Below are positions 58,290-64,000 of a DNA stretch of 64,000 nt, one piece after another. Made by a program: the position numbers and the translations under genes. Under the pieces are notes generated by a model. The model was not told the origin of the DNA, searched no databases, and saw only the letters and a list, made by a program, of their open reading frames with translations. The stretch is from an uncultured candidate division Zixibacteria bacterium (lineage in GTDB: Bacteria > Zixibacteria > MSB-5A5 > GN15 > FEB-12), in contig CAVTJJ010000003.1 in NCBI GenBank assembly GCA_963735035.1, positions 140,489 through 204,488 of the forward strand, read 5' to 3'. Each line of letters opens with the position of its first letter. The stretch's first letter is position 1.

Positions 58290-61025
58290 CTACTTGACCA
58301 CAGCAAAGCGACCAAGCTTGTCGCCGTACTGAGATTCGACGTGATAGATATATATGCCTGAAGCAATCAGGCGCTGTTCGTCGCTCTGCACATTCCACTC
58401 CTCGGTGCCGGTGCCGTTGGTGTGCCTCAAGGTAGTAACCGGCTCTCCGCTGAGCGTGTATATCCGGATAGTGCACTGGTCGGGCAGATTCTGGAACTGA
58501 ATCTTCGACTGTCCGTTCACAACTTCCCAGGTATCATGGGCATAGTACGGATCAGGCACCACCTTGATATTGCGCAACTGGGTGGAAGCTGCCGAGCTGA
58601 TGATGCCGTCAGACGAGAATTCAAATACGTCCGCAGGACTGTTCATTAGCGGACCCTGAATCGTAAAGACATCTCCGATCGACGGGTTGTAGATGTCTGC
58701 ATCGAAGTTGAACATCCAACTGAATTGGTACGGCCAAGCGTCCTCGAACGGATTCAATGCAGCGTCGTAGGGACGATCCACAATAATCAGCGGGTCCCAA
58801 GGATCCCACCCATCAAGATCCCAGTCGTACACCACCAGCGCGACCCGTTCGTTGGTCGAGACATTCCACACTTCAAACGGGACTACCCAGGCCATCCCCA
58901 AACCTTCGCCATCGCTTGCCGACGATGCCATGGTGCTGTCGCCCGAGTACCTCAACTCAAAAGTACTTCGATAAGGCTTGCTGCTATATATGACGCGTTC
59001 GAGTGCATCGGTAGCCAGACCGTAGAATCCTTCAGACGTAACCCGCAAAGTAGCCTCAGAGCCACCTATCGCCGTTTGTGTCATCGACCGAGGCACAGCA
59101 TCTGCATTGCGTACAGCTACGCGCATACCTTCAGTTATTTCTGACAAACCAGGGTCTTCGTTCTCCGCCGTCTGGTGGTCCAGAACGGTGTCACCCCTGG
59201 TCATATTTAGCAGGTGCCAGTAAGTCGCCTCCGGAGTGTCCTCAAAGACTACCTGATAATCATCGCCGCTGGTTTGCCCACGATCGAATACAATTGGTAC
59301 CACGGATCCGGCTGAAGGTTCTCCAGCGCCGCTGTAATCGTGTCTGACGGTTCCTACGGCCTGGTAATAACCGGCCGGATCGGTACGCGGCGTAACAGAC
59401 ACAATATTAGAGGCCGAGCCGGGCGAGCCGAAACCGGTCTGCAATACATCGACACCGGTAGCGCTGGCCCCGGTGTCATACGCGACCAGGCAGTACCAGT
59501 ACTCCATGCCATTCACGAGGTTGGTGTCAATAAAGCTGCGCTGAATCGGGTTAGCCGGATTGGCTGCTGTGTATTTGGCGATTGGCCAGTAATCGAACTT
59601 CTGACAATCGTTGTGAGTGGTGTCGTAGTAGACGCCCCAGGTTCGACCGCGATCGATGCTCCGGTAGAGTTTGTAACCGGCAAAATCGTTCTCGCCGGAA
59701 AGCGGGTCGATCGTGTTCTGCGCGGTGTCATCCCACCTCAGATACACCTTCTCGTCCCCGGCCTGTACCGACAGAACCGGAGTATTGGGCGGCTCCGGAC
59801 CAACGAAGTAATTGTCGTACAATTCCTGAGCGAGGTCGGAATTGGCACGGAACTCCTCTTCCGTCTGGCCGGCTACAAGGGCATACACCACACGAACCGT
59901 ACTTCCAGCCACAAGGTCGATACCGCGCGTGCACTGGACGTAGTACTGGTCGGTCGGCGGTAAAGAAACGTCATATTGAGTGCCGTTGATCATGTCGAAT
60001 TTGCCGGGGTCGTTATCAGGCAGGAGCGCCCAATCACCGGTGCGGAACGAGGTCATACCGCCGCCACCGGGCGTTTCGATATACTTGGTTCCCATGACAC
60101 CAGCGGGGACATCCCTGCCCCAACCTTCCTCATCAACTCCATCGGCCTCGTAGACCCAGGCGAGGCCGGCGGCGGAATCGGATCCCACCATGTCGCCCAG
60201 GCGTCCATTTTCGCCGGCGGGTGTGTAACCACCGATGTCAAAGTCGCAGTACAGACCAAACGCGAAGTTGTTGTATTCTTCCGTTGAAGTATTCGTGATC
60301 TCGAGGATAACGAACATGAAGTCTTCATTATAGCAGTAGTTCCACTGCAGCACCGTATGGGTCATTTCAAGCCCCAACAACGGCTCACCTGAAGCGTTGT
60401 CGGCAAAGCGATAGTGTGACTCTTGCACCGAAACAGGTCCACCGCTGTAGAAACTCGAAGTTCCGGGATTGTAGTTCAGCGGGTACACCCATGCGGCCGA
60501 GTCAGCGCTCCAGATTTTCCAGCCGTGCGCGGGATTTCCGTTTCCAAGGCCAGTTGTATCGCTGCGGCTGTAATCATAATAACGAGTGGTGTCGGTTGAG
60601 AGCAGAATCAGGTTTTCCGAAGTCCCCGTTATCAATGAAGGCAGAGCCTGGAAATCCTCATACGTATCCGCGACCAGGGTGTCGCCGGAAGCGGTGACGG
60701 CACCCATCCAGTAGTTGATTTCAGCCAGATAGTTGTGCCCGGAGCCGCGCGGCCACTCGCCTGACGGATATCCGTAGTAGCGATGGTTTCCAATCATACC
60801 GTAGTTGTCAATCGTGGTTGCGATATTGCCCTGATTCTGAACGATCATGTCGACAGTTGTCGGGGCGGGTGACCGAACCGGTCCGCCCGGATCGTTGCCG
60901 CCCGTATTGACCCCGGGGGGCGGAATCTTGTGAGACGGCGCGGCCGCCCAAATTGACGCAGTCGGACCTACGACCAGACTAAGCAGGGTCGCTGTAACAA
61001 ACAAAAGGGTAGTTGTTTTTTTCAT
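58290..61025 (-). CDS. Large secreted protein with a T9SS-type C-terminal sorting domain
   Basis: 911 aa. Signal peptide. The last ~75 aa (IKVVPDPYY...IRIYTLSGEPV...GIYIYHVESQYGDKLGRFAVVK) resemble the Por/T9SS CTD. The body has no domain I can name. Confidence 0.55.
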   Translation of the reverse strand: MKKTTTLLFVTATLLSLVVGPTASIWAAAPSHKIPPPGVNTGGNDPGGPVRSPAPTTVDMIVQNQGNIATTIDNYGMIGNHRYYGYPSGEWPRGSGHNYLAEINYWMGAVTASGDTLVADTYEDFQALPSLITGTSENLILLSTDTTRYYDYSRSDTTGLGNGNPAHGWKIWSADSAAWVYPLNYNPGTSSFYSGGPVSVQESHYRFADNASGEPLLGLEMTHTVLQWNYCYNEDFMFVILEITNTSTEEYNNFAFGLYCDFDIGGYTPAGENGRLGDMVGSDSAAGLAWVYEADGVDEEGWGRDVPAGVMGTKYIETPGGGGMTSFRTGDWALLPDNDPGKFDMINGTQYDVSLPPTDQYYVQCTRGIDLVAGSTVRVVYALVAGQTEEEFRANSDLAQELYDNYFVGPEPPNTPVLSVQAGDEKVYLRWDDTAQNTIDPLSGENDFAGYKLYRSIDRGRTWGVYYDTTHNDCQKFDYWPIAKYTAANPANPIQRSFIDTNLVNGMEYWYCLVAYDTGASATGVDVLQTGFGSPGSASNIVSVTPRTDPAGYYQAVGTVRHDYSGAGEPSAGSVVPIVFDRGQTSGDDYQVVFEDTPEATYWHLLNMTRGDTVLDHQTAENEDPGLSEITEGMRVAVRNADAVPRSMTQTAIGGSEATLRVTSEGFYGLATDALERVIYSSKPYRSTFELRYSGDSTMASSASDGEGLGMAWVVPFEVWNVSTNERVALVVYDWDLDGWDPWDPLIIVDRPYDAALNPFEDAWPYQFSWMFNFDADIYNPSIGDVFTIQGPLMNSPADVFEFSSDGIISSAASTQLRNIKVVPDPYYAHDTWEVVNGQSKIQFQNLPDQCTIRIYTLSGEPVTTLRHTNGTGTEEWNVQSDEQRLIASGIYIYHVESQYGDKLGRFAVVK

Positions 61026-61040
61026 ACCACGTGCTCCGGC

Positions 61041-63719
61041 TTAGAATGAATACTCCAACCCGGTACGGATAGTCCGCGGCGGGCCGAAGTTCTGTGGGTC
61101 ATGGTCAAACAGGTAGTCATACTTGTTGATCGCTTCCTGATCCAGGGACAGATCGGCGCCCTGAACAATGAAATCGTCGTCCGGAAGTCCGCTTCGTGAG
61201 TAGACGTCAAGAACGTTGCGGCGGTCGAACAGATTGTCCACCTCGACAAACCAGGTCAACTCACGCCCAACTCGCCCAAGCTGGAAATCCTTGTTGAAGC
61301 GCATGTCGAGCGAGTAGGTCGCGGGCAGGCGGTTTTCGTTGCGCTCGCCCAACCGGTTGCCATCGGGGTCCGTCCGACTGTAAGGCAGTCCCGAGCCGAA
61401 GTATCCCACGAGCGAAAGACCCCAGGCCCCAGGTACCGACATACCCAGCCAGTTGCCTCTCCAATCGGCCGGAAGTCGGTAGTCCAGAACGGCCGTAATC
61501 GTATGCCTCTGGTCGAAATCGAGAGCAAATTGAGTCAAGGGCGGCAGAGTGTCGGTATTCGATGTCAGGTAAGTGTAATACGGCTCGCTGGCGTCGGAAG
61601 CATTTCCCTTGGCCATCATGAAGCCGTAAGATATGGAAGCGCTGAAGTACCCGCCCATCGGCAGTTTTTCCAACGACAGATCAAATCCGGTTACCGTACC
61701 GTAGTCGCCGTTCACGTACTTGGTTACCGGACTTGACTGCACCAATCGACCGACCCGACGGGTCGTGACCAGATCCTCTATATCCTTATAGTAGGCTGTC
61801 AAATCGAGGCGCAGGTTGCTCTTGACCATTTGGTCGACACCGATCTCGTAGGCCACTGTCGCCTCTGGCTCGAGGTCCGGGTTGCCCAGGACCGGCAGGC
61901 CGGAAGTACGGTCGCCGTGCAAGTTCTGGTACAGATATCGATACTGCGGCTGTTGATAATAGACACCGTAGTTGGCGTGCATGGCGCTGCGGTCGGAAAT
62001 GGGGAACGACACGCCAAATCGAGGCGAGATTCTGGATTTCGGATCCGCCTGCTTGTAGACCGGATCGGTGGATTCCGGAGTATAATTGTAAGAGATATCG
62101 GCGTTTCGATAGTCGAACCGAAGACCCAGGTTGATAACGAAATCCTTGTGCTCCAGCTTGTTCTCTAAGTAGATCGAAGCATGTCTGGGATTGCTCGTGT
62201 ATTTCTCACCATACGGTTTAGCGTTGTAGAACTGTTTGCTGTCCCACTTGATCTGATAGGCGCGATACTCGAAGCCGGCTTTCAATTGATTCTGCTTGTT
62301 CCACTGAGCCACATAGCTTCCGGACATCGAATTGTATAGCGTTTGCCTGAAGGCATAGGTCGGGTCGAAATCACTCCCCACGGTGAATCCGGATGCCTGC
62401 ATGGGATCAGTGAAGTCAGGATTGTTCCAGTAATTGTTGGTTTGAATAGTTCCATTATAGACACCGTTGGCATCAACCGAATAACCCGGCCACCTGTCCC
62501 AGTACACGTTTTGAAGGTGTGGCGGCGTAAGCTTTTTTTGAGTATAGAACTGGTTGAAAGTCAACGACGCAATCGACCAATCATTCAGGGCATAATTGCC
62601 GGTCGTTCCGACCAGATACGCCTTCTGTTTCCAGACCGGAAGACCGTCCAGATTGAAATCATATGAGACGTTGTTGACATCGCGATGTGAATAGACGGCG
62701 CCATCCGACTGATTCACCGTAACGTTCGTCTTGAGTTTCAGTCGCGGCAGCGGCTGCATGCTGAACTTGCTGATACCAACGTACGACGTCTGCCAGTTGT
62801 GCGGCAGATAACCGTCGTCGCGGAGATATTCACCCGCCGAGAAGAAGTTGAAGCGACGGCTGTCCAGGCCGGGAATGGGACCCGAGAATGTACCCGACAC
62901 GAGACGATTCGTGACTACCTGGAGGGGCTGCCAAGTGGCGGTGTTGACATCGTAAGGGCGGGTGGCTCCCTGATAAGTCCGAACGCTGCCGTGGTAGTCG
63001 GGGCCACCTTCTTTGGTAACAGCGCTGACCACGCCTGACAGAGCTTCACCGTATTCGGCCGAAAAACCGCCCGAAGTAAGCGAGAGTTCTTCCAGAGCTG
63101 TGGGCACGATACGCATACCGGACATGGCATAGAACGGATCTTCAATCGAGAAACCGTCGTAGTAATAAGACAACTGTCCGGCGCGACCGCCGCGAATGTG
63201 CACCTGGTTGTCTTTGTCATTGACCACACCCGGATACTTCGTAAGAATACCCTGGACCGTCGTGATGTTTGGCAAGTTGTGAAGTCGCTCCTCGGTGAAA
63301 ATCATGCGCGAAGCGGTAAGATCCTTCTGGATCAGGGGCGCTGTCGCGTACACCACGACTTCGTTTGAAAGGGCGGTAGTGGCCTGACTAACCTCGAAAT
63401 CCACCGGTGTCGTCAGATCCACCAGAACTCGCACCCGTTTCTTCGCCATTCGTTCGTACCCGACGTGTGTCACGGCGAGATCGAACTCGCCCACCGGGAC
63501 GTTTATGATGAAATATTCCCCGTCTTCGTCGGTCTTCGTCGCCAGATTGGCGGAGACGACCGTTACGGTCGCGCCTTCGACCGGTTTTCCAGACAGGGCA
63601 TCGACTACAACCCCCGACACTTTGCCCGTCACTGTTGCGAGAAGTTGACCGGATGTCAGCAGGACTATCAGGAGCAGCGGCGAAACAATTCTTGACGCTA
63701 GCCGTTTCTGCAACACCAT
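61041..63719 (-). CDS. TonB-dependent receptor with an N-terminal carboxypeptidase-regulatory-like domain
   Basis: I trimmed the start to ATG 63719 (MVLQKRLASRIVSPLLLIVLL...). TGKVSGVVVDALSGKPVEGATVTV is CarboxypepD_reg-like. The plug has HIRGGRAGQLSYYYDGFSIEDP. The C-terminus is ...RTGLEYSF. Confidence 0.8.
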   Translation of the reverse strand: MVLQKRLASRIVSPLLLIVLLTSGQLLATVTGKVSGVVVDALSGKPVEGATVTVVSANLATKTDEDGEYFIINVPVGEFDLAVTHVGYERMAKKRVRVLVDLTTPVDFEVSQATTALSNEVVVYATAPLIQKDLTASRMIFTEERLHNLPNITTVQGILTKYPGVVNDKDNQVHIRGGRAGQLSYYYDGFSIEDPFYAMSGMRIVPTALEELSLTSGGFSAEYGEALSGVVSAVTKEGGPDYHGSVRTYQGATRPYDVNTATWQPLQVVTNRLVSGTFSGPIPGLDSRRFNFFSAGEYLRDDGYLPHNWQTSYVGISKFSMQPLPRLKLKTNVTVNQSDGAVYSHRDVNNVSYDFNLDGLPVWKQKAYLVGTTGNYALNDWSIASLTFNQFYTQKKLTPPHLQNVYWDRWPGYSVDANGVYNGTIQTNNYWNNPDFTDPMQASGFTVGSDFDPTYAFRQTLYNSMSGSYVAQWNKQNQLKAGFEYRAYQIKWDSKQFYNAKPYGEKYTSNPRHASIYLENKLEHKDFVINLGLRFDYRNADISYNYTPESTDPVYKQADPKSRISPRFGVSFPISDRSAMHANYGVYYQQPQYRYLYQNLHGDRTSGLPVLGNPDLEPEATVAYEIGVDQMVKSNLRLDLTAYYKDIEDLVTTRRVGRLVQSSPVTKYVNGDYGTVTGFDLSLEKLPMGGYFSASISYGFMMAKGNASDASEPYYTYLTSNTDTLPPLTQFALDFDQRHTITAVLDYRLPADWRGNWLGMSVPGAWGLSLVGYFGSGLPYSRTDPDGNRLGERNENRLPATYSLDMRFNKDFQLGRVGRELTWFVEVDNLFDRRNVLDVYSRSGLPDDDFIVQGADLSLDQEAINKYDYLFDHDPQNFGPPRTIRTGLEYSF

Positions 63720-64000
63720 AATGCCACCGTATTGTGTTTGTGTTCTTACTGGATCGGCAAGATGTCTGATGGCGACGTCCCAGTACATTTGTTCATCTCG
63801 ATTATAGTATCGGACACGGACGAGTATCCTTGACCCGGTTTAGCGGCTGAGGCGCTCCTTTTCTCGTCATTTTCCGGGATGAGTGATCAAGTTTGAAGTA
63901 GGCCTCCCGATAATCAGAAAATAACGGTTGGCCCCCGGGCGGGGTCAGGTCAAGCAATTCTGCCCGGAAGGCAATGGGACCGGGTGTGTTCCGCGGTGAA

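Overview
64-kb, moderately GC-rich chromosomal window from a diderm bacterium. Outer-membrane beta-barrels, a TonB-dependent receptor, a PorV/PorQ-like protein and a T9SS-type C-terminal sorting domain hint at an FCB-group or candidate-phylum organism; this is inference only. (1) 0.36-17.9 kb is a minus-strand acyl-CoA block. It holds a split methylmalonyl-CoA mutase large subunit, a three-gene biotin carboxylase set (CT, BC, BCCP), an MBL hydrolase, an acyl-CoA dehydrogenase, an IcmA-like second mutase with its B12-binding subunit, MeaB and a 4-hydroxybutyryl-CoA dehydratase-family gene. recJ, guaB and a Zn-ribbon gene are interspersed. (2) Five RNA genes are invisible to the ORF track: RNase P RNA (~13340-13715), a long Bacillus-type SRP RNA (~39572-39862), and tRNA-Val(CAC), tRNA(CAU) and tRNA-Ala(CGC). 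(3) Mobile and repeat content includes a REPtron, an HUH/Y1 REP-associated transposase (24517-25047) flanked by inverted REPs with a 6 x 40-bp tandem array. There is also an intact IS481-family element (30940-32228) with a 10-bp target duplication inserted into a REPIN-like palindrome pair, and at least three palindromic repeat families forming mosaic intergenic clusters (9931-10514, 33589-33913, 39341-39532). (4) Housekeeping genes are dnaX-ybaB-recR, sthA, rmuC, yifB/comM and ptsN. (5) Envelope and surface genes include four tandem small OM beta-barrel genes and an LVIVD+Sel1 protein with a PD40 lipoprotein. A divergent pair of secreted proteins (391 aa and ~1745 aa) shares an unusual Cys-flanked dockerin-like module. 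A TonB-receptor / T9SS-cargo / PorV operon closes the window. I found no CRISPR array, rRNA, prophage or recognisable defence system. The most unusual items are the REPtron with its array, the IS481-in-REPIN insertion, the mosaic GTAG-hairpin clusters, the long SRP RNA in a diderm context, the Cys-rich and dockerin-like surface proteins, and the paired mutases sharing one B12 subunit.
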